Assembly: GCA_963804105.1 (NCBI GenBank)
Contig: CAWDPL010000018.1
Coordinates: forward strand, 3,508-67,507
Direction: 5' to 3'
DNA from: an uncultured Alphaproteobacteria bacterium
Lineage (GTDB): Bacteria > Pseudomonadota > Alphaproteobacteria > Caulobacterales > Caulobacteraceae
DNA length: 64,000 nucleotides
Positions 50,095 to 61,419 of the stretch are shown piece after piece. The first letter of the stretch is position 1, and every line of letters starts with the position of its first letter. A program made the position numbers and the translations under genes. Below the pieces are notes generated by a model that was not told where the DNA came from, made no database searches, and was given only the letters and a program-made list of their open reading frames with translations.

Positions 50095-51460
50095 GTGAGC
50101 GAATTGCATCACCGCTCCATCGCCCGACTGGCCGCGGACCTGCGCGCCGGCGCGGTGACGGCGCGCGAACTGCTGGATCATTACCTGGAGCGGATCGAAC
50201 GGCTCAATCCGGCGGTGAACGCCTTCGTCTATGTGGACCCCGAAGCAGCGAAGGCGGCGCAGGCCAGCGACGCGCGTCTGAAGGCCGGCCGGCCGCTCGG
50301 CCCTCTGGACGGCATTCCGGTTTCGGTGAAGGACAATCTGCTGGTGCGCGGTTGTCCGGCGGTGTGGGGCTCGCCGCTCTATGCGGATTACGTCCCCGAC
50401 CATGACGAACTGCCGGTGGCGCGCCTGCGTGCGGCGGGCGCGGTCCTGCTCGGCAAGACCAACACGCCGGAATTCTCCCTGCGCGGCTTCACCGACAACC
50501 CGGTGTTCGGACCGACCCGCAATCCATGGAATCTGGTCCTGACCCCGGGCGGTTCCAGCGGAGGGGCCGCGGCGGCCGTGGCCGCGGGACTGTGCCCCAT
50601 CGCCCTGGGCACCGATGGCGGGGGATCGATCCGCCGGCCCGCGGCCCATACCGGCTTGGTCGGTTTCAAGCCCGGCTTGGGCCGCATCGAGCGCGGAGAC
50701 GGCTTTCCGCCGCTGATGTTCGACTGCGAAGTGGTCGGCCCGCTGGCCCGCTCCACGGCGGACACGCGTTTGATGTTTGACATCCTCGCCGCGCACGGTC
50801 GCACCTCGCCTAGGCGCGGCCCACTCAGAATTCTGGTGGTGGAACGGTTCGGCGATGCGCCTGTGGAGCCCATGCTGGCGGCCCGTTGTCGCCAAGTCGC
50901 CGTCGACCTTAAGGTCTTGGGCCACGCGGTGACCTTCGGGGCCCTGCCCTTCGAGATCGACGACGCCATGCTGGCCTGGCAGGCCCTGACCTCCGCCAGC
51001 CTGGCGTGGCTGGCCGAGCAGGAGCCGCGCTTTCTGGAAAGCGCCTCCTCCGAATACGTCGATCAGGCGCGCGGCGGGAGCACTTTGACGGGCGCCGACT
51101 ATGTGGCCCTAACCCAGACCCTGTTCGATTTCCGAACCGTGGCAGCGCCAAGGCTTCCGCGACACGGACATCATCATGACGCCCTGCACGGCGGCACAGC
51201 CCTGGCCCGTCGATCGACCTTATCCGCCGGTGATCGACGGACAGAGGGTGGGTCCGCGCGGGCATGCAGTCTACACCGCCTGGGTCAACGCCTGCGGCCA
51301 TCCCGCCATCGCAGTCCCGGCGCGCCCGGGCGACGACGGGTTGCCGACAGGGGTGCAACTCGTCGCCGCGCGGGGGGCCGACGAGGCGCTGTTCGACCTG
51401 GCGGAGGCTTACGAGGCCGCCCACCCATGGGTTTGTCGCTGGCCAGCCTTGGCGGACTGA
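50095..51460 (+). pseudogene. amidase-signature family amidase (GatA-like), one frameshift near 51160; alternative ATG start at 50038
   Basis: LGPLDGIPVSVKDNL...LLGKTNTPEF...NPWNLVLTPGGSSGGAAAAVAAGLCPIALGTDGGGSIRRPAAHTGLVGFKPGLGRI, then DIIMTPCTAAQPW...TAWVNACGHPAIAVP. Confidence 0.8.
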
Positions 51461-51546
51461 CGGCCGCCCGGATGCGGTCAGATCGGAAATAGATATCGCG
51501 GCGCCGTCGTTTGAGTTGGCGAACGCGTCCCCCTGCACGGCGCGGC

Positions 51547-52532
51547 CTCAGATCAAGTCAATCCGAAACACATAACCGCCCGACGGGCTGTTGTACGGTG
51601 GATAGCCTGCATGCTGGTACGCCGGATTATCGATTGACCAGCCCGGATGCTCGCCCGCGTCGACGCCATAAAGCTGCCCATTGTGGACGGCGACGTCGTG
51701 GATGTCACAGGAACTCTGGGACAAACTCCACCGTCTCCACCACCCGACCGGTCTTCACGTCATATTTGATCAAGCCCGGCGTATAGCCCTCGTAACCATA
51801 GGTCCCAGGTTTTTGACGGCCGCCGACCTGCCAGATGTATCCGTTGTCGTATTCTATTCCATGAAGCCGGCCGCCTAGCTCTGCCCCACGCGCCTCCGCG
51901 AACATGTAGTCGACTTGCCATGATCGCGGATCAATTCGCATGAGACAGCCCATTCGATCCGCCGCGATCCAAAGTTTGCCGTTCTCCCATGCCAGACCAT
52001 GCGTGGGACCACCGTCTTCCGGCGGACCGAAGGGAATTTGGCGCCGGCTGATTTGATTGCCGCTCATGTCGATCTGGAAGATTTCGTCGATCGGCGGATT
52101 GGGATGATTGATTTGCGCGACGCCTTCACAGCCGCTCCAGATATAGCCGTCGCCCACGGTCATGCCCGTGCAGTCTCGGGTATCCTGCATGATCGTGTGG
52201 AGCAGTTTTCCATTCCAATCCAGCAGCCAGACGGCTTCACGGCGCCCATCATGTCGCTGTTCGGCGACCCAGAATCCTCTACCGTCCGGGTCAGCGGCGA
52301 TCGCGTTGGGATAGCCGGGGGGCGTCAGGAACAACTTAGTTGTGGTCGCCTTCCGCTTAGGGATGTCGTGCCGGGGCGGAGGATCGGCCAAGCTCCTGCC
52401 AAGCATATCCGTGCCTGGCCTGCGCCAGGGCGCCGGTTTCTCAAGCTGGGCGAAACTGGGACTCGAACCAAGACCAAGGCCCAGTCCTGCCCCGGTTGCG
52501 AGGAAAGCCCTTCTCCCTATCAGGTCTGTCAT
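51547..52532 (-). pseudogene. Tat-signal secreted beta-propeller-like protein, family uncertain, one frameshift near 51705
   Basis: Tat-type signal: MTDLIGRRAFLATGAGLGLGLGSSPSFAQ. Repeated blade-like units: GFWVAEQ, GDGYIWSG, HGLAWENGKLWIAD, HGIEYDNGYIWQV. After the frame switch: CDIHDVAVHNGQLYGVD...GGYVFRIDLI*. Confidence 0.45.
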
Positions 52533-52616
52533 TTTGTGTCCCCCAAGCTGGAGCGACCGAAGCCGGAGAAAGATAGCCTAATTCAACAGCTCAAGCTTGC
52601 GCTACGTCGACCTGTC

Positions 52617-52640
52617 GAACGTCCCGCGTGCGACGGCGTC
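52617..52640 (+). promoter_or_regulatory. candidate ECF-type promoter (GAAC-N16-CGTC) upstream of the yciI-sigma operon
   Basis: tcGAACgtcccgcgtgcgacggCGTCcc lies about 150 nt upstream of the YciI start. It matches the generic ECF -35 GGAAC-like / -10 CGT-like architecture. This is a single occurrence and unverified. Confidence 0.25.
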
Positions 52641-52791
52641 CCTGTCGATCCGGAGGATACCGGCGCAGCCGAGGTTCGGTGGCGCCCGATCGCTGACGAA
52701 AAAATCTCGCAGCCACTGTCGATTTGGGCGAGGCTTGCGCGTCTTTGGTCCGGTGGCGCGCAGCCGCCGGCCCGAAGGAGGGGCGCGATCG

Positions 52792-53145
52792 ATGCAATAT
52801 GCTTTGTTGATCTACGAAGACGAAGCCGCCAGCGGCAAGGAAACCGCGACGCCGGCCTACAAGGCGCTGGTGGAGCGGCACTGGGCCTTTTCCGGCGAGC
52901 TGCGCGCCAGCGGCGTGCAGATGGGCGGCGCGGGACTGAAGAACGCCGCTTCGGCCACCACCGTGCGGCTGAACAATGGCGCGCACAGCGTGCATGACGG
53001 ACCGTTCGCCGAAACCAAGGAACAGCTCGGCGGGTTCTACATCGTCAACGCCGCGAACCTCGACGAGGCCATCGCCCTAGCCAAGCGGGTTCCGCTGACC
53101 GATGGCGGCTGCATCGAGGTCAGGCCCCTTCTCGGCGTGGAATGA
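52792..53145 (+). CDS. YciI-like (DGPF/YCII) family protein
   Basis: MQYALLIYEDEAA...HDGPFAETKEQLGGFYIVNAANLDEAIALAKRVP. Its stop overlaps the sigma-factor ATG (ATGA). Confidence 0.8.
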   Translation: MQYALLIYEDEAASGKETATPAYKALVERHWAFSGELRASGVQMGGAGLKNAASATTVRLNNGAHSVHDGPFAETKEQLGGFYIVNAANLDEAIALAKRVPLTDGGCIEVRPLLGVE

Positions 53146-54368
53146 GTCTGGCCCTCGACCGCGCAGCCAGGGCGGCGGGCGGACGCATCCGCGCCGCTAT
53201 CGCCGCCCGCTACCGCGATCTCGACCTGGCCGAAGAGGCGTTCGCCGAGGCCTGCGCGCGCGCCGCCGCCCGATGGCCCGAGGATGGCGAGCCGCGCGAC
53301 CCCGCCGCCTGGCTTTACCGGGCCGCCGAACGGATAGCGCTCGACGCCTTGCGGAAACGCAAGGTGCGGCGCGATGCTCCGCCCGACGCCCCGCCTGCGC
53401 AACTGACAGCGGAGGACGTCATGGTCAGCGACGAACATCTGATCCCTGACGAACGGCTGAGACTGATCTTTGTGTGCTGCCACCCGGCGATTGCGGCGGA
53501 GGCGCGCGCGGCCCTAACCTTGCGCTTGGTGTGCGGACTGGAGACCGGCGAGATCGCCCGGGCGTTCCTGGTCCAGGAAACAACGCTCGCTCAGCGACTT
53601 GTGCGGGCCAAGCGCAAGATCGCCGACGCCGGCGTGCCGTTCGAGATTCCCGGCCCCGAATCCTGGCCGGACAGGTTGGACGCCGTCCTGTCGACCCTGG
53701 AGATCGCCTACGCCAAGGCGCACGAGGATGCCGCGGGCGCGGGCCCCCACGCCGGCTACGCCGCCGAAATGTTGACCCTCAGCGCCACCTTGGCCGAACT
53801 TTTGCCGAATGAAGCCGAGGCTCTGGCTTTCGCCGCACTGGTCCGCTTCGCCGAGGCCCGGCGTCCGGCGCGTCTAGCCGAGGACGGCGCCATGGTTCCG
53901 CTGTCGGAACAGGACCCGACGCTTTGGCGGCGGCCTCTGATCAGCCAGGGCGAAAGCTATCTGAGCCGCGCGATTGCCGCCGGCGGCGATGGTCCAAGGG
54001 TGTTGGAGGCCGCGATTCACGGCGCCTGGTGCGCGCGATCCAGCCTGGCGGAGCCACCGCCATGGCCCGATGTCCTGCATCTCTATGACGCCCTGCTCTC
54101 CCGCCGGGACGACGCCGTCGTGCGCCTCAATCGAGCCGTCGCGCTGGCGGAGGTGGCGGGTCCGTCCGAGGCCTTGACCGAGGTAGAGGCGCTGCCGAGC
54201 GAGGCCCTGGGCGCCTTCGCCCCATATCATGCCGTCCGCGCGAGCCTGTTGCGGCGAGTGGGGCGCAATTCCGCGGCGGTCCAAGCGCTCCGGGCAGCCC
54301 TGGCGCTGGGTCCCGCGCCGGCCGAGCGAATGTGGCTCGAGCGGCGTTTAGTCGAGCTTGAGGCCTAA
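53142..54368 (+). CDS. ECF-type RNA polymerase sigma factor with long C-terminal TPR-like extension (the type paired with YciI proteins)
   Basis: Region 2: AEEAFAEACARAAARWPEDGEPRDPAAWLYRAAERIALDALRKRK. Region 4: ERLRLIFVCCHPAIAAEARAALTLRLVCGLETGEIARAFLVQETTLAQRLVRAKRKI. A C-terminal domain of about 220 aa follows. Confidence 0.75.
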   Translation: MSLALDRAARAAGGRIRAAIAARYRDLDLAEEAFAEACARAAARWPEDGEPRDPAAWLYRAAERIALDALRKRKVRRDAPPDAPPAQLTAEDVMVSDEHLIPDERLRLIFVCCHPAIAAEARAALTLRLVCGLETGEIARAFLVQETTLAQRLVRAKRKIADAGVPFEIPGPESWPDRLDAVLSTLEIAYAKAHEDAAGAGPHAGYAAEMLTLSATLAELLPNEAEALAFAALVRFAEARRPARLAEDGAMVPLSEQDPTLWRRPLISQGESYLSRAIAAGGDGPRVLEAAIHGAWCARSSLAEPPPWPDVLHLYDALLSRRDDAVVRLNRAVALAEVAGPSEALTEVEALPSEALGAFAPYHAVRASLLRRVGRNSAAVQALRAALALGPAPAERMWLERRLVELEA

Positions 54369-55619
54369 CGCGGGACGGCAGTCCCTTCGCCGCCCTCTCG
54401 CGCCATGAACGCCACCAGCACCGCGCCGACGGCGGAGACCGCGAGGATCGGCACCAGGGCCATCAGCACCTGGGCCGCCGTATGGCCCGCGCCGATCAGC
54501 ATGCCGCCCAGGAATGGCCCGAACGCCGATCCCAGCCGGCCGGCGGCCACCGCGAAACCGACGCCGGTCCCGCGAATGCGGGTGGGGTAGCAACTGGGCG
54601 CCAGCGAATAGAGCACGGCCTGAACGGCCGAGATGGCGCCGCCCACCAGTCCGCCCGCCAGGAAGGCGTAGGCGAACTGGGCCGGAATTCCCGCCAGATA
54701 GAATAGGGCCGCGGCCGTGGCTGCGAACACCACGGCCGTCGACACGGCCCGCCGGCCCCGGTCCAGAACGAAGCCGATGAGGATGCTGCCGGCGGCGCCG
54801 AACCAGTTGAACGCCACCTGCACGGACGAGGCCTGGGACGCGGTGAGCCCTCGACTGCGCATGAGCGAGGGCAACCAGCCGAGCAATAGGTACATGATCA
54901 ACAGGCCACAGAAAAATCCGATCCACAGCAAGCAGCGTGCGCAGGGCGCGGCCCTCGCCGAACAGGGCTTTGAACACGCCGTCGGCCGCGACCTTGGCGT
55001 CCTCACGCGCCGGCTTGCGGTTGGGCAGGATGAGGATCAGCAAGGGGACGATGAGCAGAGGGGCCACGCCGCCCACCAGATAGACCACCGGCCACTGGCT
55101 GGGCGCCGAGGCCATGGCGACGATGAGGCTGGCCGCGCCGCCGCCGAACGGCAGGCTGCCGTAGAGAAAGCCGATGGCTGTGTGCCGCTTGGCCAGGCTC
55201 ACGCTTTCCGCCGTCAAGGCGATCACATTGGGCAGCGCGCCGCCTAGGCCCAGCCCGGTCAGGAAGCGCATGGACACCAACGCGCTCACGCTGTCCGAAT
55301 AGGCGGTGCCGACCGAAAACAGACCGAACAGGCAGGCGGATATGATCAGCACCCACTTGCGCCCGATCAAGTCCGACAGTCGCCCGCCGACGGCGGCGCC
55401 GACCATCAAGCCGAAGGTGCTCATCGACAGGAACCAGCCGCTCACCGGCAAGAACCAGATCTTTTCCGTCGCGCTGATCTTGAACAGCGGCCCCAGCACC
55501 GGGAGGGTCAGCCCAGGCGCCTGCAGATCGACGCCTTCCATCATGGCGAGCAGGCAACACAGGGCGACCGTCAGAATTACTCGGCCGCCCGCCGGATTGG
55601 TCACATTTCTCGCCTGCAT
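54365..55619 (-). pseudogene. MFS transporter (aromatic-acid/H+ symporter-like), one frameshift near 55000
   Basis: LCCLLAMMEGVDLQAPGLTLPVL...GAAVGGRLSDLIGRKWVLIISACLFGLFSVGTAYS...RFLTGLGLGGALPNVIALTAESV. The second half, in another frame, is LWIGFFCGLLIMYLLLGWLPSLM...YPTRIRGTGVGFAVAAGRLGSAFGPFLGG. Confidence 0.75.
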
Positions 55620-55716
55620 CTGGCCGCCCCGCTCCCTGAGGTTCTGTTCGTGATCGATCTTTGGCGATCCGAACGGCGATCCAACCTCAAATTCGGCGAA
55701 ACGCAAAGAGGCGCTG

Positions 55717-56157
55717 TTACGCGGGCGCCTGCAACTCGGCCTTGACCAGCCACTCGCCGAGATCGTGATCGGCTACTCCGGCGAGATCCTTGGCCAGGGT
55801 CCCCAGGATCGGCGGCCCGTCCTTTAGTTCGGCCATGAGCGGCCCCAGCAGCCGGGCAGGCGCCGCGAGGATGAAACCCTCAACCGGGTGATCTGAGGCG
55901 AACCGTCGGACATGCTCGGCCAGAACCACCGCGAAGGCGGCGCGGACCCTTTTGCGGACCGAGTCATGATCATCCATCCCGCGTCGGGGTTCAGCGCCCT
56001 TTTCAAAGCCCGGACCGGGCGCGTGACGGGGCAGCGACGGGTCGGGGCCGTCGTGGATCGCATGACGGGTCTTATAGCCGCCGACGTCCCGATCCCACTC
56101 GACGATGCGCCCACCGGCGGTGTCGGCGATGAGGTAGGCGATGTTTCTGTGGTGCAT
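55717..56157 (-). CDS. host-attachment-protein family protein (eRF1/Pelota-like baeRF fold, as I recall the classification)
   Basis: IAYLIADTAGGRIVEWD...AFAVVLAEHVRRFASDHPVEGFILAAPARLLGPLMAELKDGPPILGTLAKDLAGVADHDLGEWL. This fits the pattern WVLVADG.RARIF ... LVAPP..LG.LR...L....L...KDLT that I remember for this family. Confidence 0.5.
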   Translation of the reverse strand: MHHRNIAYLIADTAGGRIVEWDRDVGGYKTRHAIHDGPDPSLPRHAPGPGFEKGAEPRRGMDDHDSVRKRVRAAFAVVLAEHVRRFASDHPVEGFILAAPARLLGPLMAELKDGPPILGTLAKDLAGVADHDLGEWLVKAELQAPA

Positions 56158-56329
56158 GGCGCGATTCCGATTTTCAATGCGAGCACTGTAGCCAAGGCCC
56201 GGACGGCCTCGCCGTGATCCACGTCAAATCCGGCCCTTGCGGGAAATCAAGGTCGAGGTCCCGGCGCCACCCTAACACTCGAGCAACAGGGAGGCGTCAC
56301 ATGACCGTGAACCCGGGAGGCGGCCTGAT

Positions 56330-57914
56330 ATGAGCCTGAGCCTGACCTTCCACGGGGCCGCGGAATGCGTGACCGGCTTCTGCGCCCGCTTGCAGACCGA
56401 CAAAGCCGTCATCCTGATCGACTGCGGCATGTTCCAGGGCTCCAAGACCTTGAAGGCCCTGAACTACGACCCGTTTCCGTTCGACGCCGCCGCCGTCGAC
56501 GGCGTCCTGCTGACGCATGCCCACATCGACCATTCAGGCCTGTTGCCCAAGCTGATGCGCGCCGGATTCAAGGGGCCGATCCACGCCACCGCGGCCACGC
56601 GCGACCTGTGCGCCGTCATGCTGGCCGATTCCGCCGATATCCAGGAAAGCGAGGTCGAGCACCTGAATCGGCGCAACCGCGAGCGCGGAAGGGCCACTGT
56701 CGAGCCGATCTACACGGTCAAGGACGCCGAACGGACCATGGCGCTGTTCAGCAAGGTCAAACTGGGTGACTGGATCGAGCCCGCGCCGGGCCTGCGCGCG
56801 CGCTACTGGAACGCCGGCCACATCCTGGGGTCCGCGTCGATCGAGATCGAGGCCCAGACGGCCGAAGGCCTCACGCGGCTGATGTTTTCCGGTGACCTGG
56901 GGCCCGGGTTCCAGGCCTATGCGCCGGACCCCGAAGGCCCGTCGGGAGTCGATCACCTGGTCATGGAATCCACCTACGGCGATCGTCCGCGGCCAAGGCT
57001 CAGCCCCGACGAACGCCGAGATGTGCTGGCCGGGGAGGTCAACGCCGCGCACGAGGCGGGCGGCCCGCTGTTGATGCCCGCGTTCGCCGTGGAGCGCAGC
57101 CAGGAGTTGCTGGTCGATCTGCTGACGCTGATGCGCGACGGAAAGGTTCCCCGCGGCGAGGTGTTTCTCGACTCGCCCCTGGCCATCGAGGCCACCGAGG
57201 TGTTCCTCCAGCGGGGCTGGAACAGCCAATCGGGACAGAATCCGTTCGATATTCTGCGGTCGTCCGAGCAGCTGCATTTTCTCAAGTCGCCCGCCGACAG
57301 CGACTTATTGGACCGGCTCAGCCGATGGCATGTGATCCTGGCCGGCAGCGGCATGTGCGACGCCGGCCGCGTGCGCAAACACCTCAAGCGGCTGTTGTGG
57401 CGGCGTGACGCCACCGTCCTGCTCACCGGATTTCAGGCGGCCGGAACCCTTGGACGCCTGCTGCAGGAGGGGCGCGACCTGGTGCGCATTCAGGGCGATC
57501 CGGTGCGGGTGCGCGCGCGGGTGCGGGCCTTGGACTGCTATTCCAGCCACGCCGACGCCGAAGGCCTCGCGGCGTGGGCCAAGGCGCGCTCGCCGGTGTC
57601 CGGCGCCAATCTTCCTGGCCCACGGCGAGCCGTCAGCCAGCAAGGCGCTGGCCGAACGTTTGGCCAAGTCCGGCGACGCATTGGGGCAGGTGATTGTTCC
57701 CACGCTCGATCAAAGTTTCGATCTCGGCCCCGGACTGTGCCGGGCTGTCGCGGGGGCGGCTGAGGCCCGGCTGGCGCCCGGCGCGGCAGCGGCGCTGGAC
57801 TGGCACAACGCCCGCGCGGCGCTGCTCGGGCTGATGGAATCCCGGTTGGAAGCGGCCGCGAGCGATACGGAGCGCCTGCGCCTTATCGAGCGCCTCACCG
57901 CCGACCTCGGCTGA
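56330..57914 (+). pseudogene. MBL-fold beta-CASP family hydrolase (RNA-metabolising metallo-beta-lactamase), one frameshift near 57610
   Basis: LTFHGAAECVTGFCARLQTDKAVILIDCGMFQG...DGVLLTHAHIDHSGLLPKL...ARYWNAGHILGSASIEI...HLVMESTYGDR...PAFAVERSQELL...ILAGSGMCDAGRVRKHL...VLLTGFQAAGTLGR...SSHAD, then FLAHGEP. Confidence 0.8.
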
Positions 57915-57971
57915 ATCCCTTCCCGGCGCGCCCTGCACCCGCTAGCGTGTCGGCGCGGGGGAGAGCGGCGC

Positions 57972-58553
57972 ATGGGCAAGGGGCGGCTGGAGGCGTTCAG
58001 CGACGGCGTGATCGCCGTCATCATCACCATCATGGTGTTGGAACTGAAGGTTCCGACGGGCGGCGCCCTGGCCGATCTGAAACCCATGCTGCCGATGTTC
58101 CTCACCTATGTGCTGAGCTTCATCAATGTCGGCATCTACTGGAACAACCATCACCACATGCTGCATGCGGCCCGGTCGGTGACCGGGCCGATCCTGCTGG
58201 CCAATCTGCATTTGCTGTTCTGGCTGTCGGTCATGCCCTTCGCCACAGCCTGGATGGCCGAGCATCCGCTGCGGAGCGCGCCGGTCGCCGTCTACGGCGT
58301 CATGCTGATGATGAACGCCCTGTCCTACACCCTGCTCGCCGTCCTGCTGATGCGCCACGAAGGGCCGGATTCGGCCCTGGCCAAGGCCGTGGGATCGGAT
58401 GTGAAGGGCAAGGCCTCCATCGGCCTGTATGCGGCGGGTCTCGTCCTGTCACCGTTCCTGCCCCAGCTGTCGTTGGCGCTCTATGTCGCCGTGGCCGTGC
58501 TGTGGTTCATCCCCGACCGGCGCATCGAGCGCGTGCTGCAGACCCGGCCTTAA
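57972..58553 (+). CDS. TMEM175-family (DUF1211) potassium channel-like membrane protein
   Basis: MGKGRLEAFSDGVIAVIITIMVLELKVP, the RxxxFSD signature, followed by 5-6 TM helices. Confidence 0.8.
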   Translation: MGKGRLEAFSDGVIAVIITIMVLELKVPTGGALADLKPMLPMFLTYVLSFINVGIYWNNHHHMLHAARSVTGPILLANLHLLFWLSVMPFATAWMAEHPLRSAPVAVYGVMLMMNALSYTLLAVLLMRHEGPDSALAKAVGSDVKGKASIGLYAAGLVLSPFLPQLSLALYVAVAVLWFIPDRRIERVLQTRP

Positions 58554-58590
58554 CCCTCCCTTTCGCCTTTGTGGGTTAGGCGTTCAGGCC

Positions 58591-59484
58591 ATGACCGGCC
58601 CAGTCGTCCGCGCCCTTGTGCTGTTCCTGGCCTTCACCGGACCTGTGTGGGCGATGCTCGCCGTGCGCCTGATCCCGGAACGCCTTTGGCCTGCCCAGCC
58701 GACGCGACCGGCGGGCGACCGCATCAATCTGTTCGTCTGGCTGGCCTATATGGCGGCGCAGTTCGGCCTGGGTCCGGCCTTCGGCGGCCTGATCACCCTG
58801 GCGGTCAATGCGGCGGGCGGCGGGCTGATCGTCCTGCCGTCCGCCGGCTGGGGCCTGCTGGTCGGCGCGGCGGTCTATCTGGCGGCCATGGATCCTGCGG
58901 AGTACGCCTTTCACCGGGCGCAGCACGCCGTCCCCGCCCTGTGGGCCATGCATTCCCTCCACCACTCCGACCCGCACTTCGACTCCACCACCTCCGCCCG
59001 CCACTTCTGGGCCGAACCGGTGATCAAGAGCCTGACCGTGTGGCTGGCGGTGGGCATGCTGCTCAAGGCCTCGCCGGCCATCGTGGCGATCTACGCGGCG
59101 GCGACCTACCTGAATGTGCTGATCCACTCCAACACGCGGTTGGACCTGGGCCGGGCCTGGTGGCTGGTCAACACCCCGGCCTATCACCGCCTGCATCACT
59201 CCGCCTCGCCCGAGCACTGGAACTGCAACTTCGCCGCCCTGCTGCCGATCTACGACCTGATCTTCGGACGCTGGCGTCGGCCCGCGCCGGGCGAGCGCCC
59301 CCGCACCGGCCTGGACACGGGCGAAGCGCCCTCAGGACCGATGGAGGCGGTGCTTTGGCCGGTGCGGTGCTATTCAAACCGCTCATTCCCGCGAAAGCGG
59401 GAACCCAGTTCTGTCCAGGGATCGCTGAACTGGAAAGACCTGGGCCCCCGCCTCCGCGGGGGTGAGCGGGGTAATTTTGATTAG
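58591..59484 (+). CDS. fatty acid hydroxylase / sterol desaturase family membrane protein; the last ~35 codons read through a REP-like element
   Basis: His boxes [21 protein letters not shown] and [10 protein letters not shown] helices are present. The tail ...[38 protein letters not shown] is encoded by the palindromic element at 59380-59468. Confidence 0.7.
   Translation: MTGPVVRALVLFLAFTGPVWAMLAVRLIPERLWPAQPTRPAGDRINLFVWLAYMAAQFGLGPAFGGLITLAVNAAGGGLIVLPSAGWGLLVGAAVYLAAMDPAEYAFHRAQHAVPALWAMHSLHHSDPHFDSTTSARHFWAEPVIKSLTVWLAVGMLLKASPAIVAIYAAATYLNVLIHSNTRLDLGRAWWLVNTPAYHRLHHSASPEHWNCNFAALLPIYDLIFGRWRRPAPGERPRTGLDTGEAPSGPMEAVLWPVRCYSNRSFPRKREPSSVQGSLNWKDLGPRLRGGERGNFD
59380..59468. repeat. REP/MITE-like palindromic element (single copy in this window)
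   Basis: Two 7-bp GC-rich hairpins: ttcccgc-gaaa-gcgggaa (59386-59403) and cccccgc-ctcc-gcggggg (59445-59462). cccag at 59404-59408 can pair with ctggg at 59441-59445. The frames translate to SFPRKREPS and IPAKAGTQ, typical of a repeat family common in alphaproteobacterial genomes. Confidence 0.55.
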
Positions 59485-59560
59485 CGCGCCGCGCTCTCAT
59501 TTCCACCTAAAGCGCCGCCGCCCCCTCGCGTCCGCAAAGGCGCGCGGCTATGTTGGCGTC

Positions 59561-60495
<935 letters not shown>

Positions 60496-60499
<4 letters not shown>

Positions 60500-61257
60500 A
60501 CTGGCGCGCCGTTTCGGCCATCTATCTGTTCGAAATGCATCGCACTTGGCGCACCCTGATGCAGAGCATCCTGGCGCCGGTGATCTCCACCTCTCTGTAT
60601 TTCGTGGTGTTCGGCGGCGCGATCGGATCGCGCATGTCCAGCATCGACGGGGTGCCTTACGGCGCCTTCATCGTGCCGGGCCTGATCATCATGCAGACCT
60701 TGATGCAAAGCGTTTCCAACGCGTCCTTCGGCATCTATTTCCCCAAGTTCACCGGGACCATCTACGAGGTGCTGTCGGCCCCGATTTCCTTCTTCGAGGT
60801 GGTCCTGGGCTATGTGGGCGCGGCCGCCAGCAAGTCGATCATCCTGGGACTGATCATCCTGGCCACTGCGGCTCTGTTCGTGCCGATCCGGATCGACCAT
60901 CCGCTGTTTATGATCCTGTTCCTGATCGCCACCGCTGCGACCTTCAGTCTGTTCGGCTTCGTCATCGGCATCTGGGCGGACGGCTTCGAAAAGCTCCAGA
61001 TGGTCCCATTGTTGATCCTGACGCCCCTGTCATTCCTCGGCGGCAGCTTCTATTCGCTGAACATGCTGCCGCCGGTTTGGCGGGCTGTGACCTTGTTCAA
61101 TCCGGTGGTCTATCTGATTAGCGCCTTCCGCTGGAGCTTCTTCGGCAAGGCCGATGTGCAGATCAGCTTCAGCCTGCTCGCGATCCTGATCTTCATGGGG
61201 ATCTGCCTGTCGATCGCCGGCTGGATGTTCAAGACCGGCTATCGCCTGAAGACCTGA
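60496..61257 (+). CDS. ABC-2 family transporter permease
   Basis: It overlaps the ATPase stop (ATGA). Six TM helices: [40 protein letters not shown]...[17 protein letters not shown]. Confidence 0.85.
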
Positions 61258-61419
61258 GCGTCATGAGCGGGTCTCGGGAGCGATTCAAATTTTCTGACGT
61301 TCATAAAACCTATCGATTCTGTATGGATATGGCGGCAAGCCTGGAGAGCCCCGCATGAGTTCGTCCCAATCCGCTCAGATCAGTCAGGTTCTAACTCCCT
61401 GACCGCCAAGATCGGCGGC

